This document shows, in pieces, positions 57,034 to 64,000 of a stretch of 64,000 nucleotides of DNA. The notes below the pieces were generated by a model. That model was not told where the DNA came from and did not search any database. It saw nothing but the letters and a program-made list of their open reading frames with translations. The stretch comes from a virus. Lineage: Duplodnaviria; Caudoviricetes. The stretch is taken from positions 55,192 to 119,191 of the IMG/VR virus record IMGVR_UViG_2551306228_000004. One strand, 5' to 3'. The stretch's first letter is position 1, and the number at the start of each line of letters is the position of its first letter. The position numbers were made by a program, and so were the translations under genes.

Positions 57034-58786
57034 CTTCTTCTCCTGTGTCGATATTATTATCTATTAAAGTTGCTTCCCTAAGATTTTCTAACTCCTCTTT
57101 GATATCTTTTGCGAAAACATCAAAACGCCCATTTTCAGGATTATCATTATCCGTGAATCGCTTAATAATTGCCTCTAAACTTGGATACAAAGCAACATCA
57201 AAGATATCTTCACGATTAAACTTGAAGGCATCATCCCAAAGATATTTCAAAACTTTTTCTGCAAAGCGTTTATTCTTTTTATTGAAATCTTTACCAGAAT
57301 CACCTGCTGGTACTTGGCGTATCCGTTCAATATTCAATACATTGCCAGAAATAAAGTATGCTCCCATTCGCTTATCTTCTGATGTTAGAGTCTGGCTACT
57401 AGTCTCAAGAATTTTTTTATTGATAACTTTGTTGAATACTTTCCAAGAATATTGTGTATCTGCAATAAAATAATTCCCATATTTCGATAAATCAACATCA
57501 TTTTCAATCATTTCCATTGTCCATCGACGTTGAAATGCTGTATCAAGAGTGAATACATTTTGGTCTGCGGTATTCATTGTTGCAAGTAACGATAAGTTAG
57601 AAGGGATTTTAATTTGATGAGACTTATCACCATAAATTTCCGTAGCAAGTATTGAATTGTTAATACCGTACACGCTCTCACCACTAACACTTCTATCCAA
57701 TAATTGAAAGATTTCTCCAAATATTCCTGGAGCATTACCTCGATTTAACTCCTCAATTACAAGATAATAGTGTTCACTAGGATTAGCAATTGCTTTTTTC
57801 ACAATTCTTGTAAAAGGCCCTGGTGAAAATAGGTAGGTAATATCTCCATTATCTTTTACAGTAGGCATTATTTGACCAACAAAGTCAGTATTCATATAAT
57901 CTGGATGAAAAACTAATCGCTCCATTCTATTTTCATCATTACAATATTCGGTAGCAATTTTATAACTTTTTCCAGATCCTGGAACCCCATATAAGAGGAT
58001 ATTTTCTCCACCTCTTATTATATTCTCCTTACTTAATTTACTCACATCTTGATTTATTTCTAAAAATTTATCCACGTTATAAATTTTTAATGATTTCAAT
58101 CGATCTGAAAACTTTTCAAATACTGAAGGATTTATTACAATTCCTTTATCTTCTGAATTCTTTGAAATCTCTAGGAATCCCCATCTTTCCAACATCATGA
58201 TTGGTTTACAATCTACATATTTCTGTGCTTCTTCAGGAACTACTACACCTCCTTTATTCCTAGCGGCTCTCACTTCTAATATGCTTTCTGTGTATGATTT
58301 ACCATGATCAACCATAGAATTCAATAAATAAGCAAATTCTTTATAGCTTAGATAATCTAAATCAATGATTCCACGAATAAAAAGTGAGGGTGGTTCAACG
58401 TCAGAATTACTTGATGGCACTCCAAAATTATCTCTACCAAATTTAATATTCTCCAACGCATCCATAATGATTTCTTGCATCGCAGATTTATCGGATGCCA
58501 TTAAAGCCTCGTACATCTTCTTTCCAGCTGTTGTAATTCTTCTTTGAGACTGAGCATTATTTATATCTTGCCATTCCGTAAAACCAAAATAAGAAGTTAT
58601 TTGAGATTTCTTTGTATAAGATGAAGAGTACTGATCAGCACCAATTAGTTCTTTTAATTGAATTTTGTACTCCTCATTGGGTAACCATCCGTCTGCTTCA
58701 TAGTATATTTTCAGCACTGCTTCAATTTCATTTAAAAGTGCACTATTTTTAGGCATTACTATCTTTTCCATATTATCTCGCTCCAT
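57014..58786 (-). CDS. McrB-like AAA+ GTPase restriction subunit
   Basis: GVPGSGKS, FHPDY, IEELNRGN, TMNTADQN...AFQRRW. Confidence 0.88.
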   Translation of the reverse strand: MERDNMEKIVMPKNSALLNEIEAVLKIYYEADGWLPNEEYKIQLKELIGADQYSSSYTKKSQITSYFGFTEWQDINNAQSQRRITTAGKKMYEALMASDKSAMQEIIMDALENIKFGRDNFGVPSSNSDVEPPSLFIRGIIDLDYLSYKEFAYLLNSMVDHGKSYTESILEVRAARNKGGVVVPEEAQKYVDCKPIMMLERWGFLEISKNSEDKGIVINPSVFEKFSDRLKSLKIYNVDKFLEINQDVSKLSKENIIRGGENILLYGVPGSGKSYKIATEYCNDENRMERLVFHPDYMNTDFVGQIMPTVKDNGDITYLFSPGPFTRIVKKAIANPSEHYYLVIEELNRGNAPGIFGEIFQLLDRSVSGESVYGINNSILATEIYGDKSHQIKIPSNLSLLATMNTADQNVFTLDTAFQRRWTMEMIENDVDLSKYGNYFIADTQYSWKVFNKVINKKILETSSQTLTSEDKRMGAYFISGNVLNIERIRQVPAGDSGKDFNKKNKRFAEKVLKYLWDDAFKFNREDIFDVALYPSLEAIIKRFTDNDNPENGRFDVFAKDIKEELENLREATLIDNNIDTGEEDADSTE

Positions 58787-59918
58787 CTAATTTTTTCAAA
58801 AGCTCTAACATTATTCGTTTGACCATATTTGATGGTATCCCTTCTCCAATTACTCGCCTAATGAAGCGCTCATTCGCCCAATCAGGTATATTCCAGTCTA
58901 GAGGCAAACTCATTACGATTAGTATTTCATAAATTGTTAGAACTCTTGCATCCGAGTATAAATTGGTTCCTTTTATCAACCTACCTGGGTGTACGCAAGC
59001 AAGTGATGAGATTACACCATTATTTTGAGTTATTGTACGACCCGCCATATCCCATTTTTGCCGTCTATAATTATTATGGTGTGCTTTTATTCTTTTTCCA
59101 TCTTTCTTACATGGATAATATTCTTTATTGTATATTGCTGAAGTACCTGTTGGAGTATGTTGCATCCATTCAACATGCCTTAACGAATGAACAGGAGGAT
59201 AGTGCCATTTTGAAACTTTTAATCCTTCTAGTCTTTTCGTTTCAAAATTCGGAAACATTTTCAATGTAATATCCTTTCCTTCTCGAATTTCTGGGTCAAG
59301 AGATGGCAACCCCCCAATCGCTTCTTCTAAAGTGATTTCAGGCAATTCTTCAGGAAATTCCCATTTAATATCTATATCATTCCGAACTAAAATATAAATA
59401 TTTCTTTCTCGTAACTGAGGAACACCTTGATACCTAGCTTTTATTAAAGTGTCATCGTTAAATTTATAATCCATCCCTAGTTCCATTTTGATATACTCTG
59501 GAATTAACATAATTTCATCATTGTGCACGATTTTTGTCGTCAATTGTTTTGGTACATTTTCTAATAAAATAAATTCTGGCTTTATTCTCTTAATAACATC
59601 TATTGCATAAAAAATCAACTGATTTCGTTCATCGAATTCTTTCCTCAAACCAGCTTCACTCATACCTTGGCACGGTGGTGTTGCAATAATGAAATTTACT
59701 TTATTTTCAATAGATTGATTTACAATTTCATCGCGTATATTATCATCTGTAATATCACCACAAATCATTTTGGTTTTTGGGTAAAGATGCTCATAAAACT
59801 TTGCACGTTTTTCATCTATCTCGTTAGCCACTTTGATAGCAACTCCAATGTCTTCGAAATAAGCCTCGGCCACTCCAACATTTGAGAATAAAGACAACCC
59901 CCTAATTTTTTCCATCAT
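58773..59918 (-). CDS. C5 methyltransferase M2 (LlaJI/HgaI-like)
   Basis: LFSNVGVAE, TPPCQGMS, ENV, RER, VHPG, IGEGIP. Confidence 0.9.
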   Translation of the reverse strand: MMEKIRGLSLFSNVGVAEAYFEDIGVAIKVANEIDEKRAKFYEHLYPKTKMICGDITDDNIRDEIVNQSIENKVNFIIATPPCQGMSEAGLRKEFDERNQLIFYAIDVIKRIKPEFILLENVPKQLTTKIVHNDEIMLIPEYIKMELGMDYKFNDDTLIKARYQGVPQLRERNIYILVRNDIDIKWEFPEELPEITLEEAIGGLPSLDPEIREGKDITLKMFPNFETKRLEGLKVSKWHYPPVHSLRHVEWMQHTPTGTSAIYNKEYYPCKKDGKRIKAHHNNYRRQKWDMAGRTITQNNGVISSLACVHPGRLIKGTNLYSDARVLTIYEILIVMSLPLDWNIPDWANERFIRRVIGEGIPSNMVKRIMLELLKKLDGAR

Positions 59919-61330
59919 TCCATACCTCTTATACCAGATAAGTTATTAAATACTTTTTTTACGAAAAGTGGAGGAATCCCTTCACCTATTATTCGGCGAA
60001 CAAAAGCCTCTGGAGCGTTATCTGGAATATTCCAATTTTCTGGAATTGTCATAATTAACATTATTTCATATAAAGTCAGAGTCCTAGCATCTGAATAAAT
60101 ATTTTCTCCGTTTTTGGTAGTAATTTTTCTCCCAGGATGAACATTATTTTGAGAGGATATTTTTCTATTATCCATAGTAACTGTATAAGCTGGGCGATCC
60201 CAACTCTGCCGCTTATAGGTATTTCTGTAGCCCTTAACTGCTGTTCCATCAGCTTTTCGAGGATAAAATACCTCATTATCAAATGCAGTTTCCCCTGATG
60301 CCGTATGTTGCATTACTTCCACTTGCCTAAAAATATGATGTGGTGGCTCATGCCACTTTGAAATTTTTAACGCTTTAGCACGTTTCTCAGAAAAGAACGG
60401 AAATATTTTATTACGTTCTTCCTCATTTAAATCCTTAATAAAAGGATCTAAATCTGGTAAATGTCCTATAGCATCTCTTAATGTTACCTTCTTGCCATCA
60501 GGTGTAGGAATTTCCCAAATTAAATCAAGATCTATTCTTGTAAGTAATATTATAGCTCTTTCCCTACTTTGAGGGACTCCGAAATCGCTCACATCAATAG
60601 ATGAAATACTAAAGCGATATTTTTCTGATAGTTTTTCTTGTAAAAAATCAATAATTAATTTATTTTCGCCTTCAACAAATATACTCGTTTTAAGAAACAT
60701 TGGTACATTTTCTATAAAAACATATTTCGGATTGATTAACTCTACTGCATCAATAACAGGTAAAATCAACATATTCCGATCATCATCTATCTGCTGCCTT
60801 CCAGCTGTACTCATACCCTGACATGGCGGAGTAGCCATTAAGACATCTACATTTTTGCTTTTAGCTTTTTCTACAAACATATCAAAAACGTCTTGATTAG
60901 TTATGTCTCCGACAATCATTTCAGTCCTTGGATATATTGAAGAATATAGCTTTGCGCGCCTTTCCTCCAATTCATTAGCAACAACAACATCAAATCCTAT
61001 TTTTTCTAGATATGCTTCTGCTACACCAATATTAGAGAACATGGAACAAACTTTAATTGGATTTGTAATCTCATTTGTCTGCTCTGTATGGGAATGATAA
61101 AATTCTAAAAACTCAAAATAAAGGCGAATAGATCGTCTTAACTGTGACTTTACAGAAGATGATGCAGAAATATCCGCTATGATTTCATAATAACTATCAA
61201 TTTTTAAATTTTGATTTAACCCTAAATATCTATTTACTCTATTTAAACGACATACTATATCTTTCACTACCTTCTGAGAATAACTTTTATTTAATACAAG
61301 CCAATCCCTGAACTCAAATTCATTAAGCAT
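59915..61330 (-). CDS. C5 methyltransferase M1 with extra N-terminal helical domain
   Basis: TPPCQGMS, ENV, QSRER, ISSQNNVHPG; ~90-aa N-terminal extension; start re-assigned to ATG 61330 after AGAAAGG. Confidence 0.9.
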   Translation of the reverse strand: MLNEFEFRDWLVLNKSYSQKVVKDIVCRLNRVNRYLGLNQNLKIDSYYEIIADISASSSVKSQLRRSIRLYFEFLEFYHSHTEQTNEITNPIKVCSMFSNIGVAEAYLEKIGFDVVVANELEERRAKLYSSIYPRTEMIVGDITNQDVFDMFVEKAKSKNVDVLMATPPCQGMSTAGRQQIDDDRNMLILPVIDAVELINPKYVFIENVPMFLKTSIFVEGENKLIIDFLQEKLSEKYRFSISSIDVSDFGVPQSRERAIILLTRIDLDLIWEIPTPDGKKVTLRDAIGHLPDLDPFIKDLNEEERNKIFPFFSEKRAKALKISKWHEPPHHIFRQVEVMQHTASGETAFDNEVFYPRKADGTAVKGYRNTYKRQSWDRPAYTVTMDNRKISSQNNVHPGRKITTKNGENIYSDARTLTLYEIMLIMTIPENWNIPDNAPEAFVRRIIGEGIPPLFVKKVFNNLSGIRGME

Positions 61331-61353
61331 ATGATCTACCTTTCTAAAGTACA

Positions 61354-61382
61354 ATCATACCACAAACCCAAAAAGGCGTCAA
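61354..61382 (-). promoter_or_regulatory. Sigma-70 promoter of the R-M operon
   Basis: TTGACG-N17-TATGAT with TG extension; GACGC overlaps the -35. Confidence 0.75.
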
Positions 61383-61461
61383 TTTTTATTCTTTTTTGGG
61401 AATTAAAAATTTTAGATACGAACGAAATTATTCTATTCTTGAAAAATTTATCTTTTTTTTA

Positions 61462-61488
61462 TATAATTGTTGCATAATAAAGCAACAA
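61462..61488 (+). promoter_or_regulatory. -10 box and palindromic operator of the XRE-S24 repressor
   Basis: TATAAT followed by TTGTTGC-N8-GCAACAA. Confidence 0.6.
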
Positions 61489-61500
61489 AGGTAGAGCAAC

Positions 61501-62190
61501 ATGTTTTCGGGAATTCGTCTCAAAGAAAAAAGAATTGAAAAAAATTTAAATCAGTCTGAAATTGCCAATAAATTGGATATCAATAGAGCTTCTTATAGTA
61601 AGTGGGAATCAGGTAAATCTATCCCAAATCAGAAAAACCTCACAGCTCTCGCCAAAATCCTAGATGTTCCAGTCACTTATTTTGAATCTGAATACAATAT
61701 CGTCAATAACTATCTTCAGTTATCTCCTAACAACCAAGTAAAGGCAGAGGAGTATGTGGAGGAGCTTCTACTTTCACAACAAACCTCAAACGTCACTCCA
61801 CTCTTCTCAGTACAAGTTCTATCAGATGTTCAACTATCTGCTGGTCTCGGAGAAGGATTCTTTGACGAGTTTGAAACTGAAACAGTCTACTCCAATGAGG
61901 AACAATACGGTTACGACATTGCTGCTTGGATTGAGGGAGACTCTATGGAGCCTATCTATAAGAGTGGTGAAGTCGCACTAATTCGTTCAAACGGATTCGA
62001 CTATGATGGAGCTGTCTATGCACTATCTTGGAATGACTCTGTCTATATCAAAAAGCTCTACCGTGATGAGGATGGATTTAGAATGGTTTCCCTGAATAAG
62101 GATTATCCAGAGAAGTTCATCCCTTATGAAGATGAACCAAGGATTGTTGGTCTAGTTGTGGGGCACTTTATGCCTGTCGAGGGAGTATAG
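61501..62190 (+). CDS. XRE HTH + S24 peptidase repressor (LexA/HdiR-like)
   Basis: N-terminal HTH, SAG cleavage site, GDSMEP, YIKKL. Confidence 0.9.
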   Translation: MFSGIRLKEKRIEKNLNQSEIANKLDINRASYSKWESGKSIPNQKNLTALAKILDVPVTYFESEYNIVNNYLQLSPNNQVKAEEYVEELLLSQQTSNVTPLFSVQVLSDVQLSAGLGEGFFDEFETETVYSNEEQYGYDIAAWIEGDSMEPIYKSGEVALIRSNGFDYDGAVYALSWNDSVYIKKLYRDEDGFRMVSLNKDYPEKFIPYEDEPRIVGLVVGHFMPVEGV

Positions 62191-62192
62191 TC

Positions 62193-62420
62193 ATGAAATT
62201 AAAAGATATCTTAGAACTTGGGACGTATGGTTTCAATCCTGATTGTAAAGTCGAAATTTTCAATATGGATAACTTTGAAGAGCGACTAGAGAATGAAGGA
62301 TTCGATGAAATTCTTATTCCTCAAAATGAGGATGTAAAAATCTATCCTTACGCTTTTTTGATAGAAGATTCTATTTTGATTGCAATGACCGAGGAGGATG
62401 AGAATACCAATGAACGTTAA
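62193..62420 (+). CDS. Small acidic hypothetical protein of the umuC cassette
   Basis: 75 aa, GGGAG RBS. Confidence 0.65.
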   Translation: MKLKDILELGTYGFNPDCKVEIFNMDNFEERLENEGFDEILIPQNEDVKIYPYAFLIEDSILIAMTEEDENTNER

Positions 62421-62538
62421 AGAAATGATTTACATCAAAGAAGAACGTATTTTCTTCAGCCCTGACAAATTAGAATACGACATTACTGACTATATCGGAG
62501 AACTTATCAAAGAGCTTGAAAAACTTAAAAGGAGATAA
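62410..62538 (+). CDS. 42-aa hypothetical protein of the umuC cassette
   Basis: GAGGAGG upstream; MNVKEMIYIKEERIFFSPDKLEYDITDYIGELIKELEKLKRR*. Confidence 0.55.
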   Translation: MNVKEMIYIKEERIFFSPDKLEYDITDYIGELIKELEKLKRR

Positions 62539-62542
62539 TCCT

Positions 62543-62810
62543 ATGGGATATATCGACTATTCTATTGAACCTCAAAGTGACATAGCCTTCCTCGATATGA
62601 AGTCCTTCTACGCTTCTGTAGAATGTGTGGATAGAGGATTGCATCCTCTCTACACATCACTGTGCGTCATGAGCCGTGCAGACAACTCGGCAGGATTGAT
62701 TCTCGCTTCTTCTCCCATGTTTAAGAAAGTCTTCGGTAAAGCAAATGTAGGTCGTTCCTACGACTTGCCATTTGATATAAACACTCGAAAATTCAGCTAT
62801 CAAAATGCCT
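62543..62810 (+). pseudogene. umuC: Y-family DNA polymerase (UmuC/ImpB) 5' fragment
   Basis: FLDMKSFYASVECV...LILASSP; similarity appears to end near ...KFSYQNA and the frame stops at 62890. Confidence 0.85.
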
Positions 62811-63096
62811 TGAGTGGGCAAAAAAGATGTCGCACCCCACTGGTATCCCCTTGGCGGAAGCCCATATTTCTGAAACAGTCGCCTGGATAGGCTATTTTTC
62901 ATTGATTTGGTGCCTGCTTTTGCGTTACAATCCAAGTAATTGTAAGCAATAAAGCCTTCAAAAGCATGTTGTCCTCTTGAAGGCTTTATTCGGTACAACT
63001 TTAAAATTGGTTTACTTATCTTTATCTTCCTCTCTAAGATACTTAACTAGCCCCGGATAATTGCTTATCCTTACAGTTCGGATCAATTAGAATTAG

Positions 63097-63290
63097 CCGA
63101 AAACGGCGGCGAAGAAACGAACCACCGAGAAGCACCGCCGCATTGCCGAGCTTGATACCCTCATTGAACGACTGTATGCGGACCGGAAAAGGCGCGGTTG
63201 ACCGCCTTGCCCTCAAAGGCTTAGGGGCATATCAACTATATATTGGGGCCGAGTGCCGTTACTTTAACACCGCCGCTAGCCATGAGCTTA
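63097..63290 (+). pseudogene. Remnant of a TnpX-like serine recombinase C-terminus
   Basis: GC-rich; frame 63097-63201 reads ...RRIAELDTLIERLYAD, the coiled-coil signature of TnpX/DUF4368 recombinases. Confidence 0.5.
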
Positions 63291-63340
63291 TGCTTCCTTT
63301 AGGACACTGTCCCAACAGACACTTTTTAAAGTATGCTGCA

Positions 63341-64000
63341 CTAATCCTTATTTTTCACAGCATAGCGCAATGACAGACAGCCATGTTCTGCATTCTCTGT
63401 TCCCTGCAATTCCAAATTAACTTTTTCAGATAACAGAAGGTTATCAAATAGTTGTTTTTCTTTATTACCTACAAAACATGGTGATATCACAAGACTGATT
63501 TCATCAATAAGTCCGTTTTCTAATAATTTGTTGGTTAATCCACCGCCACTGTCTGTCCGCATGTATTTACACCCATATTGCTCATGCAGGATCTGAAAGG
63601 CTTTTTCATAGTCCACATGATCATTTCCTGACACAATATATGGGTAATGCCTTTCCTCCAAATAATTCAAATATTCCTTCGGAGTGGCAGTTGATACCAG
63701 AATGACAATTTCCTTCAGATATCCAAGATTTCTTAAGCAATGAAGACTTCTCAAGATACCTCTGCTGTCAGGTATGACTCCTATTGGTCTGGGGTCCTCC
63801 GGGCTTGTTATGATTTTCTCAAAATCAGCCTCTGTTTCAGCAGGATATTTTTCAAATGCAGTAAAAACAGTATTGGACCCAAACAGCACCGCATCCGAAT
63901 GAATTCCCCCGGCAACCTGGTAGTAAACTTCCGGATTATCAAAGCCTTTAATGCGGCCATCAAGGCTAATTTGTGTGTGCATAATTATCTTTGGTTTCAT
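63341..64000 (-). CDS. RibD C-terminal-domain (DHFR-fold) reductase, cargo gene
   Basis: HTQISLDGRI, DSRG, DSGGGL...GLIDEISLVISP. Confidence 0.85.
   Translation of the reverse strand: MKPKIIMHTQISLDGRIKGFDNPEVYYQVAGGIHSDAVLFGSNTVFTAFEKYPAETEADFEKIITSPEDPRPIGVIPDSRGILRSLHCLRNLGYLKEIVILVSTATPKEYLNYLEERHYPYIVSGNDHVDYEKAFQILHEQYGCKYMRTDSGGGLTNKLLENGLIDEISLVISPCFVGNKEKQLFDNLLLSEKVNLELQGTENAEHGCLSLRYAVKNKD

Larger units (their letters stand above)
12604..64000 (-). mobile_element. Phi-m46.1-like siphovirus prophage with cargo (continues beyond right edge)
   Basis: Twin serine recombinases, lysis, tail, HK97-type head, terminase, MetK/MTase module, P4-type primase, PolA, XRE-S24/umuC cassette interrupted by cargo. 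Confidence 0.9.

Noticed and set aside
60076-60282. Same-strand nested ORF in LlaJI-like M1
   Set aside because: Only 68 aa, lacks the LSDILE motif, and has no counterpart in M2
62657-62998. 113-aa minus-strand ORF
   Set aside because: Spans the umuC/cargo junction, so probably a chance chimera
63341-64000. Possible trimethoprim-resistance dfr gene
   Set aside because: Length and motifs fit RibD C-terminal reductases, not DfrA/G/K

Overview
This is a streptococcal-type composite mobile region with no host housekeeping genes. Bases 1-12,603 are the start of an ICESa2603-family conjugative element on the minus strand (repA, C5 methylase, virD4, virB6, prgI, virB4, cell-wall hydrolase running off the left edge). 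At 12,568-12,609 a 14-codon copy of the rumA/rlmD 3' end (HVECVVLLQRSNG*) marks the att junction with a Phi-m46.1-like siphoviral prophage that fills the rest of the window. The prophage carries twin serine recombinases, lysis, tail and head genes, a Phd/Doc pair, a MetK plus two-methylase late module around cos, a divergent primase / DUF2800-DUF2815-PolA replication block, a sigma-like gene opposite a CGNR zinc-finger gene, an LlaJI-like R-M operon, a GmrSD-like moron, and an XRE-S24/umuC cassette broken by foreign cargo. Most notable: (i) both the ICE and phage C5 methylases hide a homologous ~140-aa ORF in the +1 frame with its own RBS, suggesting M.EcoHK31I-style alpha/beta enzymes; (ii) a 31-bp bipartite motif occurs four times, upstream of the recombinase cassette and of both replication arms, a candidate regulon of the phage sigma-like factor, whose own leader is highly structured; (iii) seven phased 11-bp repeats lie at the putative late promoter. 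All family calls come from motif recognition by eye; no database search was run.
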